Assembly: GCA_003971905.1 (NCBI GenBank)
Contig: RSEE01000025.1
Coordinates: 248,001-312,000 of the forward strand
Source of the DNA: Moniliella sp. 'wahieum'
Taxonomy: Eukaryota
DNA length: 64,000 nt
Direction: 5' to 3'
Part shown: positions 24,789 through 38,100 of the stretch, piece by piece
Numbering within the stretch: position 1 is the stretch's first letter
Layout: every line of letters starts with the position of its first letter
The notes under the pieces: generated by a model
What the model was told of the DNA's origin: nothing
Database searches by the model: none
The model's input: the letters and a program-made list of their open reading frames with translations, nothing else
Translations under genes and position numbers: made by a program

Positions 24789-27700
24789 TTACTGCCCGCC
24801 CGCCGACGCGCCGTCGCACAAATCAGCCACCCGACGGCAGATCCGCAGCGCGCCTTCCAACTCAATCGACGCGGCGCTCCCGCGAGGGGTATGGGTTTGG
24901 AGCTCACGTAAGAGCAACAGGTACCGTGGCAACCGTTGGGTGGGCATGATGACAATGTCCAGAGCGGTAAGCGCTTTGCGGCGCGGCTGGGAACGGTACG
25001 AGCGGTTCGTATTTGGCGGCTGCGCATCTTCAAAAAGCTCGTGCCCTGTTGCGGCGAGGGCGGGGGCACGAGCGTGCGATCCGCACGGCGCGAAGGCGAA
25101 GGGTAGAACGAGTCGGGCGGCACCTCCACCAAGCCCACACGCGGACAGCGGCGGTGCAAACGCGGGCTAAGCTCCATGGTCCTCAACTGGGCCATCACGT
25201 CAGCTATTGTAAAACTCCACCCAATCATTGTGGCCTCCAGCCGGGCCGCCACCAGTGCAAACGACGCCCCTACCCCGGCCGCGGTCGGAGAACGCTCAAT
25301 CGCATTTACCAACTCTTGGCTCAGTGCAATCAAGCCGGGGAGAGGTTGGTGAGACTGGCCAAGTGCCTTGTGTCGCGCTTGGTCGGTGGCGGCGAGCCGG
25401 GTCGCGCTGTAGTGCACGCTGCACCGCGTCCAGCAAACACTCGAGATGTCGCCCGTAGCTTCGTTCGGTTTGGATGAGCTCGCGAATAACTGGTTAGACA
25501 CGCTCAGAAGTTAGCATTACATATCGCAACCCAAACCCAAGCAGCACATACCGAAAAGTGCCTTGACTTCCTTGGCCCAATCGTCGTCATTTTCAATGGC
25601 CTCACTCCCAGCTTCTTGGCCAGATGCGCATCCCACCACGTTGGCATGCCAGGAATGACGCCCGCGCGGCTCGTGTTCTGACAAGAGGGAAGGGACGAAG
25701 CTTTGCTCTTCGTATTCAAGTGATGTTCGTGCAGGTGCCTCGCCCCGATCCAAGGGATCGACTAAGGAAGAAGGATATGCCTCGGCAAGGGGTTGCACCA
25801 TGCCTACAGCCACCGACTCCGGCTCCTCAGTCGGATCCTCCACCTCGCGTTGATCCTGGCCCAAGCTGCCCGTCTCACCCGTCCAACTAAGCGCCCTTCT
25901 GCGACTCGAGTCGACAGCAGCAGGAGCAGAGGGAGGTGCCAGCGGGACTGAAGGCCGCCTCCCTCGATTCGCCATATACCTATCCATCGTCGGGGATGAG
26001 GAGGTGTACCGAGAAGGGATGGGGAGGGAAACGGTTTGGACGGCTCGGTTGAAGGGGACCCAGTCCCGGATCCCACTCTGGGCGTTGATCCAACCGGTAT
26101 AGGTGGGGCAGAGTTGCGGTCTGGTCCTTCTCTACGCAAGCGCGCATGTGGTGAGGCAATGTCGACGTCCAAGCTCCCTCTCCGTCTCTCGCGCTGAAAT
26201 CGGCGAACGTCTTCGAGTGCATGAAGAAACTCGAGGTCATCCTTGATGCGGAACGCTGTGGAGGGGGAGTTGGGAAGGGGATGGAAGATGAAGCGAGTTG
26301 GGCCGCAAAGTCAAGCTGGGGCGGTGCTGGAGCGACGCAGCAAACGCCGATTCAAACGGAGACGCCTCGGCGCGATGACCACGGTGGGCATGGGGCGGAC
26401 AAAGGACGACTCTCCGGCTGGCCGGGGTGAGGGAGTTGCGTCGAACATGCAGATCCAGCACGGTCTGCATGCTCCGACTCAACCGGTTTCCGGTGCTGGA
26501 TCGAATTGGACTCCCCGCTTCTCTTCCTTCCGGCCAGAGAGGGACGTGTGGCGTGAGATGGGTTCCGGAGTAGCGACCTCCTCACTGTCCGGACTGGTAC
26601 CTGTAGCAGCGTCACGGTCACCGTCACTGGGGAGTCGTGCGATTCGTATGAACTTTGTTTGCTTCCCATCTGCATGGGCCGCTCTCCCACAACCGAGGGC
26701 GGTCCAGAGCCTGGGACAGAATCCAACTCCTGGACAGGGAATCGCACTAGGCTCGAACGATACGCCCGCTGGGTAAATGTAGCGTTCCTCCGAAGAGAAC
26801 GTCGCTTGGGAACATCCATGTCTACCGGAGAATCAGGCGCGTTGGATACCAGGGGCGGCTCTGGCCGCTCGGGGGCAACTGAGGAGGATTGCTTGCGTTG
26901 CAGGCGAGCCCGAAGCGATCCACCCAGCATTGAAGCCGAGCGCGATAAGGACATTCGCCGGCTTGGCTCAACTGGGCTAGTGGAAGGGCCGTTGTCGGAA
27001 GGGGAGCGGGACTTGGACCGGTTGGCCTTGGCGGGTCCAACAGGTTCGGTTGGAAGCCTGGCCCGAGTTTGTTTGGTTGTCGGGTCGACGGCGGGGGACA
27101 TGCTGAGCGAGCGAAGCAAAGAACGAGAGAGCAAGATGGAATCGCGCGATCTTACTCGCTCACGTCGAAAGGATGAGAACGGCGGGTTGGATTGAGGTTG
27201 GGAAGTAGAGGCATGGGAGGATGAAGTGGGCGTGGGAGTTGCGTCGCTGGCAGTTGACATGGTAACCGTCAAAGTCTCGGCTGATGCACTGAGTGAACTG
27301 GTGCCGATTGACCTCTGGGCGTGGGTTTGGGGGTGGCCGCTTGGATCGTATCCGCCAACTCACCGAGAGACTGGGTCCCGGCGCCAGGAATGGGCAAGGG
27401 TCCCCCCCAGTCGGAATCGAGGGAAAGATGGGAGGAGGCAGGGGAGGGAAGAATGGTCAATAGTGCCGGGGCAGGCGTCTGGGCAGGGCGGGGTAGGTGG
27501 TACTGTATGGGGCTGGGGGCGGGAAAGCGGGAGGGGGCTGTGATTGGTGGGGTGGGAAGACGGCGGGGGAGCATGGTCGTGTTTGTGCTCCTCGAGGCTA
27601 GCGGTTGGAGTTAGAGTCAACGGTGCAAGGGGTACAATGGGGGCAAGCACTGGGGCTGGCTGGTCCTGAGGCGGTTGAGGTGGGGATGAGGCTGGCGGCA

Positions 27701-28087
27701 GATCCTCCTTCTCGGCGGGGAGCATGATGCCGGAGAGGGAAGAAGGGAGGAAGCTGGCCAGGAAGCGGGACGTGCTCTGGCGGCGGGAATGCGAGGGGGA
27801 GGGCGCCTGGGGCTGGAGAAGGGTGAAGGTGATGGCGAGGCAGAGGGTGAGGGGGAGGCAGAGGGAAAGGCAGAGGCCGAAGGAGAAGCAGGAGGGTTCG
27901 GACGAGCGGGAGTGTTGCCCTTTCCTGGCAGATGAGGATGTGGGAGGGGGCTGGCGAGGCCGACGGCGCTGGCCACGGTGGCATCGGTGGACGTCTGGGA
28001 GGCGTGGGACTCATTCGCGGAGCTGGTGGGGGTCATGCTGGACGGAGAGGGGTCAGGGGGGGAGCGAGGAGCAGGAGGGGGAGGCAT
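24789..28087 (-). CDS. Large Pro/Ser-rich protein with C-terminal Dbl-homology (RhoGEF) domain; start approximate
   Basis: Manual translation at ~24790-24980 gives KALTALDIVIMPTQRLPRYLLLLRELQTHTP, the DH conserved region 3. Upstream: LIALSQELVNAIERSPTAAGVGASF. The low-complexity N-terminus is spread over frameshifted ORFs. Confidence 0.75.
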
Positions 28088-28257
28088 GGCGTACCGAGCG
28101 GACCACATGCTGTCGGCAGCCGCGAGGAAGTGCGCTGCGGAAGCGTATGGCTGCTGGCTGGAGGACACCAACGACGGTCCGCGGCCGCGGCAGCAGCGAC
28201 GGCCATGGGAGCGCAGGCGGAAGCGCAAGGGAAAGCAAATGTGAATGTGAATGCGCG

Positions 28258-28312
28258 GGTGAAGGCGAAGGCGAAGGCGAAGGCGAGGGCGAGGCGAGGG
28301 CGAAGGCGAGGG
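28258..28312. repeat. (GAAGGC)n-like hexamer repeat
   Basis: gtgaaggcgaaggcgaaggcgaaggcgagggcgaggcgagggcgaaggcgaggg. Confidence 0.75.
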
Positions 28313-28525
28313 CAACAGCGGCGGCGAAAGGAGCGGGTGTGGATGTGGGTGTGTTGGGCGGTGTGCTGGGCAGGAACGGAGTTCGACGCTGTGGAGGGCC
28401 CAGGGACGGAGGGGCTCCCGTAGCGGTCACGCATCAGTTGCTGTTACATGTTAAGCTTCCACCAAATTCAGCGTGCGTTCAACGGGCAACACAACGCCCA
28501 GCGTTCGCCAACGTTCCAAGTACCC

Positions 28526-28576
28526 CAGACAGCTCAGACAGCCGCCGACAGCCCGCAGACAGCCCGCAGACAGCCC
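28526..28576. repeat. ~11-bp tandem repeat (CAGACAGCCCG)
   Basis: cagacagct cagacagccg ccgacagcccg cagacagcccg cagacagccc. Confidence 0.7.
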
Positions 28577-29927
28577 TGCCAGCCGCAGCGGTGTCTTGGG
28601 CGGGCTGCGCGGACACTTGCCTCTGCACGCGCTGGGCCGTGGCAGCGCCCCTTGCTCCCTCCCTCAGTTCAACGCATATCCATCCACATACCCGGCCGCA
28701 TCCATCATCCATCGCATGCATCATGATCGCTCGGTGAGCCGCCCCCTGCCGCCGCCGCCCTGCGATCATCACCGCTCACCTCGATCTCTCCCCCCTCCGC
28801 CCCACCGCCGGGGGATGCCCCCAGCACAGCACGCCCCCATCGGCAGCATCGGCAGATTAGCGCGTAGGCTCAGCGCGTACCCCATCCATGCATCAGCACA
28901 CCCTTGCTTGAGACGAGATTATCGATTCGGCCTTGCTATGCGCATGTGCCTCGGCGTGCAGAGCAGCCCCAGCGCACTGCCCCAGACTCGCCCTGCCCTT
29001 GCCTGCGCCGCCCGCTCGGCTGGCGCCTGCTGGTGCGCTGGTGCGCCCGCCCGGCCCCCCGCGCCCCGCACACCACCGCCCCACGCCGCTTCGACAGCGG
29101 GGATCGCAGCACATGCACCGCTGGGCCCCCGCTGCCTGCTGTCCAGCCAGCACGGCGCCTGCCTGCCCACCCCCCGGCCGATCAGAGCATCGTTCGCTGC
29201 TCCCGGCTGGCTCCTTGCCACAGCGCACATCCTGGCACCGCGCCTGTGTTGCTGCGTCCGAGCGCCCTGGCACCGCCGTTGTGCAGCTCAAAAACCATCT
29301 ACATCCCCTCTGGCACCCCCCTGGCACACCACTGGCACACCCTCACCGAGGCGTAGCGACTGGCCTGCGCAACCGCTTCACGCCTGGATTTGGTTCGGCC
29401 CCCGCCCCTGCGGCGGCACACAGCGCACGCGCCAGCCTCCCGCTTGAGTCATCTCCGCCAGCTCCCAAGCAAAATCAGAAGACGGCCAATATATCACCTC
29501 TGATCTCAAATCTCCATGCCACATGTCACATCGCATCGACGGGCTGGGGGCGCTGTTCATTACGCGTCACGCGTCACGTCCATTAGAGCGCTGGCACTCA
29601 GCTCTAGTATCGCAGAGCCTGTCCAGATCCATGTTCAATTCCTCCACCGAGGCCCGACTGATCCGACCCCACCAGCACCAGCACCAAACACCCGCCCCTC
29701 GACTCCCTTTCCTCGCTCTTTCCCTCGCTTCTGGCCGCCACCGGGCCCATCACAGCATCACGCATTACCAGCTGGACATCCACAGCCTTTCTGAACTCCT
29801 TTAATTCTGGACTGAGGACGTTAAGCAGTACCAGTGATGCAGTGATGGTAATACTGACAGTACTCCGAAAGTAACTGAACGCTCGCTCTAGCTTAAAATT
29901 CTCAAGCAAAAGCTTCTTCATGCTCCA

Positions 29928-29965
29928 AAGCTTCAAGCTTCAAGCTTCAGCTTCAAGCTTCAGGC
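29928..29965. repeat. (AAGCTT-C)x5 heptamer array
   Basis: aagctt c aagctt c aagctt c agctt c aagctt c agg. Confidence 0.85.
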
Positions 29966-32900
29966 TCTTCAAGCCAAAAGAAAGGCGCAGTCACGTACTG
30001 ATCATCGCCATTGTCGATCTATATGTTGGAGCCCTGCACTACAGCAGCAGCCATTAAACTTACATGGCTCACATTGGCTTTGTCCTCCGTCGCATCAGCT
30101 GTTTTCCCTGACATTACATTCCGCCCCAGCAGACCAAAAAGGAGCACGGATGCTTGGCAGGTGACAACATATGTCAACGTTCAACGTTCAAGGTACGTTC
30201 AAGTTGAGTAGCTGCTCAGCGCTCAACGCGCGCTCAACCTGTCCATTCCCCTCTTCCACCTCACGGCCTCTCCTCGGCCTCACTAGTAGTATAGGTATCA
30301 GATGCAGCGATACGTACGATGCTCGATGTCAAACCCACATAGCACCTGCCCTCCGCCACAACAACTGCGCTTAGGCCTACTCTCAGGCTGAGGCTCCTCT
30401 TCTCAAAAAGGCCTCTAATAATTGGCCTGCCCACTGACTTGTACTATTAGTAGCTCGTGACTGTGGCTATGTCCTAAAACCATATCATTGGCAGAGCTTA
30501 AACGCTTAAGAACAAAGAAACGCTGCACCTACTAACTCGACCTTCTCGTTCAGCGGATGTTGCTTGTTATTGGCGTCAAACCCGTTCAGGAAACCCGGGG
30601 AATCGCCAGCAGATCATCGATCATCAGTATATGTTGTTGGCTCAGGATACACACACCTTGGATCGAGCTGGGGAGACTGATCATCGATCATCGATCACAC
30701 ACCACTATTACACGCCGAACAGAGTTCTACACAGTGATATATATAGTGCTCTCCCGCTACCTGCCGCCATCTGCGGCCTACAGCTAGCTCTTACTTCCAC
30801 GGCCATGCAGCCTATAATCAGAATCGATCGAGAATCGACAGCGCTACTGAGGTTGCATTCAATATTCATGCCTTTTGCCAGCTTAAGCTTGAATCAGGCG
30901 GGGGTACACAAAAAGAAACGCTGCGGGCCTAAAACAAGGCCGAACAAGCTCATTGCTGGCTCCGCCGTGAGTACGTGAGTGCATGAGCGCATGAGCTATG
31001 ATCGATCCCGCGTATGCTGCTTGCTTGTAACATGTGGCATGGGATGCCAAAACACAGTTAGGAAATCACAGCGGAGTCATTAGTCACCAATATAGTCGCT
31101 AATCACTTACTTACTCACTACAGTAGTAGATGTTTCGCGCCCTCTGACGTTATCAACCATCTTCTCCAAAATAAGGCTCTTTAATTCCTTCCTTCGAGTG
31201 TACTCAAAAAACTAGTACCCGCACATCGTCGGAGCCGAGGGGACGCACGATCATAAATAGTGCGACGGAAAGTGTCATAATATCATTAGTTTGGCTGAGA
31301 GCTAATCGATAATCTCGCTCCCATTTCCAATTTCTTCGTCCCAAACGTCTCGCTCCTTCTCTGTTCTTCCGATTAGCACCATGTCCTCAGCTCTTGCTTT
31401 TTCCCCGCAAACGATTGCTACATGATGCATGACCCCTTGACCTAATATAGTTGTATCGATTCTGGTCTCCCTTGCCTTCGCCCCGACTATGACAGAAAAC
31501 GCATCTCCAGCTCCCAACACCCTCTATTATGGGCCATTCCTTACTCAGTCTGCAAGCGCAAGTGTATGAACTGATATCAGATTTACTCAAGTATTACATC
31601 CTGTGCTGCATCCGTTCCCAATCCAAGTTCGGGGCGTTGCAGAGGGACTGATGTGTTCTCAATGACGCGCAGGTTGTGGAGAAAAAGAAGAAACGTGGGA
31701 GCGGGTAGTAAGGCCATGTTGCGACAGGTTGCACCGAGAGAGAAGCGCAGGAGCGTTTGGAGCATTTACGTGATGAAGGAGAACCACACCGTGTGAAGAA
31801 ATTCGGGGACGAAGGAGACCAAAATGGTGGGGGGGCGGAGGTGTAGAACACATTCTACACTAGGGGGAAAAGGCCCCACCCCGCGTTGGAATGCCGCGGG
31901 AGAAAGATTTGTATCAACAGTCATCGCTATAGACCAAAGAGGATTGCGACAAAAGAAACACAACGTACCAGGTGCGTACTCAGGACCTGTTTTCCCTCTA
32001 GTCTTGACCATGCCCGGGTACTGTTTAATTGAGCGCACCTTCATTACTGCAGAGTCTCATTTTGGAGATATGCTTATCCTTCACGTGTCTATCACCACAC
32101 ACGCACATTTGTATCCGTGGGCACTACACCAAGTTATCAAAGCCGATAGCGACTTAACCTGCTGGCACCACCCTTACCTTCGATTGGGCCGAGCTAACAG
32201 CGCACGCCTCCTATGTGCGATCCCGGTAGATATTGTGTTCCTTTTTCTCTGTCTCAAAGTACAGAGAGTTGGATGGTAACGACGCAGAGGGCCGGAAAGC
32301 TCTGATGTACTAATTAATGTAGATCATGTCACTGGAACAAATCGAATTTCGTGTATAGAATCGTAACGTGATCTCAGTGTCGATGAGGAGGCCCAATACT
32401 GTGGACTGGAAGGCAATATATGTCCCGTCGGTAATAAGAGACTAGTCGAGAGAAAACCTCGCTTTGAGATGGCAATCATCCCATGGTCAATAGTCGTATA
32501 ATGGAATCGGAGAGAGAGTAGTGGAGACCAAAAGTTAACTGAAATCTCGCCTGTTTTTTTGGGACACAGAGCTGTGCAAATACATGGAGGAAAAGCAAGA
32601 AATTTGTTGGGGAGACAAGAATGGATTTGACACCAAAACGATGCTGAGATGACAAAGTGAAGACGAACACAGATGACAAAAGTAGACTAAATGTGTAAGA
32701 GAACTCAGATCAAGAACTGTATCATGCACGCAGAGAATCTATAAAGGACGGTGTTGCACAATAGTCTAATCAAGAAAAAGCAAAGAAAAGCGAAAACACA
32801 ATGACCAGGTTTTCAGCCCTGCCACAAACCAGTGACAGAAGAGCATATTAAGGGGCGAGTATTTGCGCGTATACAAAAGGTCCAAGTCAAGAAGATTTCT

Positions 32901-33288
32901 GCCAAGTCCATAGCCCCAATCAAATTTTCCTTCTTCTTTGTCTAGACGGTATGATGTACAGGCTGCCAGGAGTGAATGCTGCCCCCCTTGTTGCTAGTCC
33001 TAAACACTATAAGACGATTTCGCCTAGACTCAGGACTGGGAAAATTAAGTGGGGTAAGATTCAAGACCGTATGGGCACTGATGACGGTGGGTTGATTCGG
33101 AATAGCAAGAAAACTGACAGCCTTTATTCAAAGAGTGCCCTGCCCTAACCGGTAACCACAGAACGGAAAGGAAGAGAGAATCTATGCTGCGTAAGCGCAA
33201 GAACATGCAATAAAAAGAACGTCGAAGAAAGAGCGTGAGCTTGAAAGAGATACGGAGAGTAATAAGTTACCTCACAACTGGCAGAAAC

Positions 33289-35106
33289 CTAAAAGATAAT
33301 AGACCAATCGTAAGAAGTAAAGATAGGATATGGTAGAGCATTGAACGTGAGAGGAGCAACGTGATGAACAATAGAGAGCGCATATATAACGAAAAAAGAG
33401 TGACGAAAGAGAGTGACGAAAAAGAGCGACGAAAAAGAGCGACGTAAAAGAGTGACGAAACAGCCTTTGGCGTGATGAAGGGCAGCGAGGCAACGTGGTG
33501 ACGAAAGAGTGACAACAGACGACTCGAGCAAGGGAGATGTCGAAACAGCCGGCGGGGAGATTCCCTCGGGTGTATGTTTATTGGTTGCGATGCCAGCCCC
33601 AAGTGTTGCAGACGTGCTTGTCGGGCAAATTGGAGAGGAAGCTTGAAACATCGGCAGAAGGGCCTTTGTTACCGGGTGCGGTGGGTACGAACCATCCTTA
33701 AAGGCCATTTCCCAAGACCACCGTTCTGGGGTGGGCTGAAGCGAGGAAGCAATGACCTTGTACGACCAGAAGCAACTGCCTCCCGACATACCGTAGCCGT
33801 AGGCTTGGGAGTTGTAGAAAGTTTTGCTGAAGTCATTGGACATGCCAGAGGACAGACTCCACTCGGTGGAGATCACTTTCGTAGGGTATCGGATGAAGGT
33901 GTTGATGTCCTGGCACATCTTAGACCAGATTGTAGTCTCATTCGTCTGAGCCGGGAAGGCGGCAGGGTAGGGGTTGTCAGTTGCGATCAGCAATGCCGGG
34001 TCCCGTTCTTGAACAAAGGAGGTCCAGTTGGCCATGTTTCCTTGGGCCCACCCGTGGTGGAACATCATGGGGATGCCAACCGCGCTGAGTGTATCGTATG
34101 TGCGGCGGTAGTAGTCCACGAGGACCGGGTAGTTGCTAGAACTGCCCCGACCACCGGCGCAAAACTCATTGACACACGGTTCATTAACAGCCAGCACAGC
34201 ACTCACCGTACGTCCATACGGAGAACTGAGAACAAAATCGCGTACTCGCTGCACCACCTCGTCGGAACGGGCTTGGTTGGTAGAGTTGAAGAAGGTATAC
34301 TGATCACCCTGGGAATGACCGGTAGCTTGGTCCCCACTCTGGCCACCAGGCATCGAGTGCAAGTCCAGAATTGCGTACATGTTGCGAGAGTAAAGCCAGC
34401 CGAGGACGATTGAGGTAGAAGATATCATCGGCGTACACCCACGCTTCACCAAGAGAGGGTTGAATGAACGACCACCACCCTACAGGAATGCGGATAGTAT
34501 TCAGGTTGCCTTTAGCCATCGTTTCGACGTCGTCTTCGGTGATCCACGTGTTGTAATGCTGGGCCAAGGTGGTGTTGGCGCGAGTACCAAGAGCCTCAAT
34601 CAACGAGTACATGTCGTTTCGCATCAGGAGCGAGGGAATTGAACCAGTTGCCGTTCATCCACTTCTCCAGGACAAAGAGCGAGCCAGCGTTGGTGCCGTA
34701 TACGACATCGGTCGAGGAGGGAGAGAAATCCCATAAGTCAAACGTCAATGGGCGGTGATATTCCACGTCCCAGAATAGTTGTTAGGTGGCTTCTTGCTCG
34801 GCTTTGGGCATTGCTTGTTACCGTTGCCACCTTTACGGCTGGAGGAGGAAGACGAGTTCGCCAATAAGGCTTTCTCTCCGGCAGCACGGAGGCTGGCAAT
34901 GCTCTGTCCAGAGCTGCCACGGGGCAGTGGGAAATGAGGGTGGGGGTGGCGCGCATGGAAGGCGTAGTTGCTGGGATGCTTCAACCCCTGGGGACACGAG
35001 CGATGCGGGGGACCAGCGGGCTGGCGGCCGGATTAGAAGCAGCAGCGGCGGGGGATGAGGGGAAGGAAGAGGGCAGCAGCAACAGCGAGAGCAAGGCAGT
35101 GCGCAT
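33289..35106 (-). CDS. Secreted glycoside hydrolase family 5 (exo-1,3-beta-glucanase-like)
   Basis: Signal-like MRTALLSLLLL; YGTNAGSLFVLEKWM; HYNTWITEDD..LNTIRIPVGWW; ILDLHSMPGGQSG; catalytic AVNEP and STEWSL; CFWSYK. C-terminal end uncertain. Confidence 0.9.
33391..33470. repeat. 13-bp minisatellite (AAAAAGAGTGACG), about 5-6 degenerate copies
   Basis: aaaaagagtgacg aaagagagtgacg aaaaagagcgacg aaaaagagcgacg taaaagagtgacg. Confidence 0.85.
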
Positions 35107-38100
35107 GTTGGAGAGGGGAAGGAGGTGCCGATAGATGGTGTAGGGAGGGAGGTGCTGGCCAGCGGTAGTGCATACTGGCATATATATAGCCCCGACGAAT
35201 GTCCAGGCCCCACAGGCATCAAAAAGCTGAGCGGCGGCGTGCTCAGTTAGCCTCAGCGCCTCATGCTAATCAAGCTATCAAACCTCCAGCTTCCGGGTTT
35301 CCGAAGGGACGCGTGTGGCTTGTGTGTAAACGTGTATAAGATGTAAGCGCTAGCCAACACTGCTAGGCACCGGCGTAGGATGTGGCGCCCATGTATCACC
35401 AACCCACCGTGCCTATATTGCACACAGAAGAGCAGTGATGCGTGCGCGTGATGATCGAGATCATACTCTCAATTGCGCAGACCACAACAGTGACCTGGAG
35501 TAGCGCGCACTACTGATCACCGTGTGACCGGACACGGGTTGCCCCCCCACCCACCCCCTACCAGTAAAGGTAGTAATCCATCCCCTTCAATGGACTGGGG
35601 GGAACACAGGCGGTCGTCGTCCTCAGGAACCCTTCCAAGTGGAAGAGTTGGCCGGTGACCGGTGACCGCATTATCAGCCAAACGGGGCACTGGACGTATT
35701 GGGACCCGTTTCTTACTGTAATGGACAATCGATAATTGCGGGAACCCTAAGGTGCACCACCTTGACCTGTGGCGTCGGGGGGTCCGCTAAAAAATTGACT
35801 CGCCAGCCGGCGGTGCTCCAGCAGGCGCCAACTGCTCCACCTTGGCGTGGCTTTCGGATGATTCACTGCTCTCCTAGCCGGAAGGTGCGATCCCATGTGT
35901 AGCAGGTAAGCAGCCGATCACATGTTGTGCAACACAGTCATCACCACATGTCCTAGTGCCACTAGTGTCGCATCCTGGCGCATGTCCATGTCATCGATCA
36001 TCCAATCGGGCCGGCAAAACCAAGGCCACCGGCAGGCACCGGCAGTGCTCCGACACAGACCTGCACCCTACTTTGTTTCGATCATGTCGGAACTCCATGG
36101 TGCTGGAGCCAGGGCGCACGGGACGATTACGTGACAGGCAGGTCACAGCGGCCGGGGACCGGTGACTGGTCAGGTGACCAGGCAAGTATTTACATTGATC
36201 AATGTGACCAGCGTGACATGTCCTGAGAGGCCCCTGAGGGCGTGTTGTTGGGCAGCAACGGGGGTAAGTCTTGCCAAGCCTCGGGATTGGGACAAATCTC
36301 GCCCCGTGCCGTCCCTGCCGTCCCAAGGAAAGTTGCTCGCCCCCGGTCACCGGTCAGGAACCAAGACACAGGAACCAGACGTCTTGTTTCGGGTCTTATA
36401 CGCGTTACAACACGCGTTACGCGTTGTTACGGCGCGCATATCTCAGAACTTTTTCTCAGATACCAATAAATGAGAGTTACAGTGGTTACCGGTTACTGCT
36501 TACTATAGATAACCAACTGTTTACCAAAGGTGCCGGTTATACTGTCGTTACTTGGTACACCGTTACTAACCTGTTGGTCCCAGCCAGGTCTAAACCACCA
36601 CCAGTTATTAGCCCACCAGCGATAATTGCAGAGAAGGGGGGACGCATCTTGAGTTACCATCCAACAACACAACGCCACACTCAAAAGCAGCACAGCCGCC
36701 CCGCTCTGTTGGACAGATATTCCTAATGTGAGAAGGACTGTGTACTTTCCAAAACAGGTGGTGTTGCTGCACTGCCACACGTGCGGTCCCAGGCGCGTTG
36801 CGCATTGCGCAGGGTGATGCGCGAGTCTTGGCAGATCCCACCCCGTGAACGCGTCACGTAGCACACGCGCGGGGTGAGTTGAACGTTGATCAACGCTGAA
36901 CGGGTTTTGCACCTGTTGCATAGTACACCTGTGTTGGTGGAAAAGAGGCTGAACGTGATAGTAAATCCCTTGCAACAGTTATATGCCCCCTCTTACCTTT
37001 GCTTGACAGTCTCTTTTGTGCAAACAGTGATGTGACACGGAGGGGGCGCCCATATACGTCTGCTCCCACATGCGCGGGGCTTGTGTGCTTGATGTCTATC
37101 CCCCGCAATGTATACACCATGACCGTTTTACGCGCGGTTTTGTCTCGATTAAAGCACCATATAATGCATAATGCAACAGTAGGACATTTTTTGTGAGCGC
37201 CCTCAGCGCTCCGACGGATGTTTCGTCATCCCTTCTCTATGATGCACATATAGTTCCCCCATGCGGCTGCTAAACGAGGTGATATTGTAATTTGTGTGCT
37301 GTATTCAAGTTGACTGTAGTGACTGGCGATCTCGAGATATGCCGAGATGATGGAGACATATATCCCCTGATGTCGTTGTACACTACGCTGTGTGACGTTC
37401 GGATATCTGAGTTCTATGAGAGCCATGTGTGCTAAAATACGCATGGCAAACGATGTGACACTGCTAGTAGTGACTGGCGTTTGATGATCATATCACTGTT
37501 GCGCGTTCAATATTACGAACAGAAAATGTCCCCAGCCCCAACAAACAACTGAGAGAACTTCATTTACGGCTGTGGGGCAGGGAGGTAACTGCACAGCATC
37601 CGCATTTTGACAGGTGTGTATCGGCCTTATCCATGATTGATGATCGGTTATCCCCAACGAAAACTCATCCCTCAAACAAAAATGATAACATGTGTGTTGA
37701 TCACAGAAGAGGGCACTACTGTTGGCAGATGAAGAGAAGCGGACAGAGAGCTATTACAACAACTATAGCCAATCAATGTGGGAAAGAGGGAGAGGGAGAG
37801 TTACGTGTGTGCATGTGTTCTGCTTTCCGTACAGAAAGAGCTCGATTCTTCAAAAAAGAAGCGCACCAATGAACAAGTCCCAGCATTGTGGAGACGAGAC
37901 GATGAGGGCTCCCTCTCTCAACAGCGCGGGCGATTCGGTTGCTGGAACAGCCAGATTGCGACAAGAGCGCCAAGTACCAGGGACGCTCCCAAGAACCGTT
38001 TTCTTTTTTGGCTTTGACGATGTGAGGATACTATTATGCTACCAAGACTACAGTGGGCAAAATGCTTGGAAATTGAAAGGAATTAACTGAGCCACGTCTC

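Noticed and set aside
27724..29586. Long overlapping ORFs of 200-337 aa in GC-rich DNA
   Set aside because: Low-complexity, stop-poor sequence that is antisense to, or upstream of, the RhoGEF gene; no domain signal.
31300..32300. Cys-containing broken ORFs as a transposase remnant
   Set aside because: No DDE, reverse transcriptase or integrase motifs and no terminal repeats recognised; left as part of the unexplained island.
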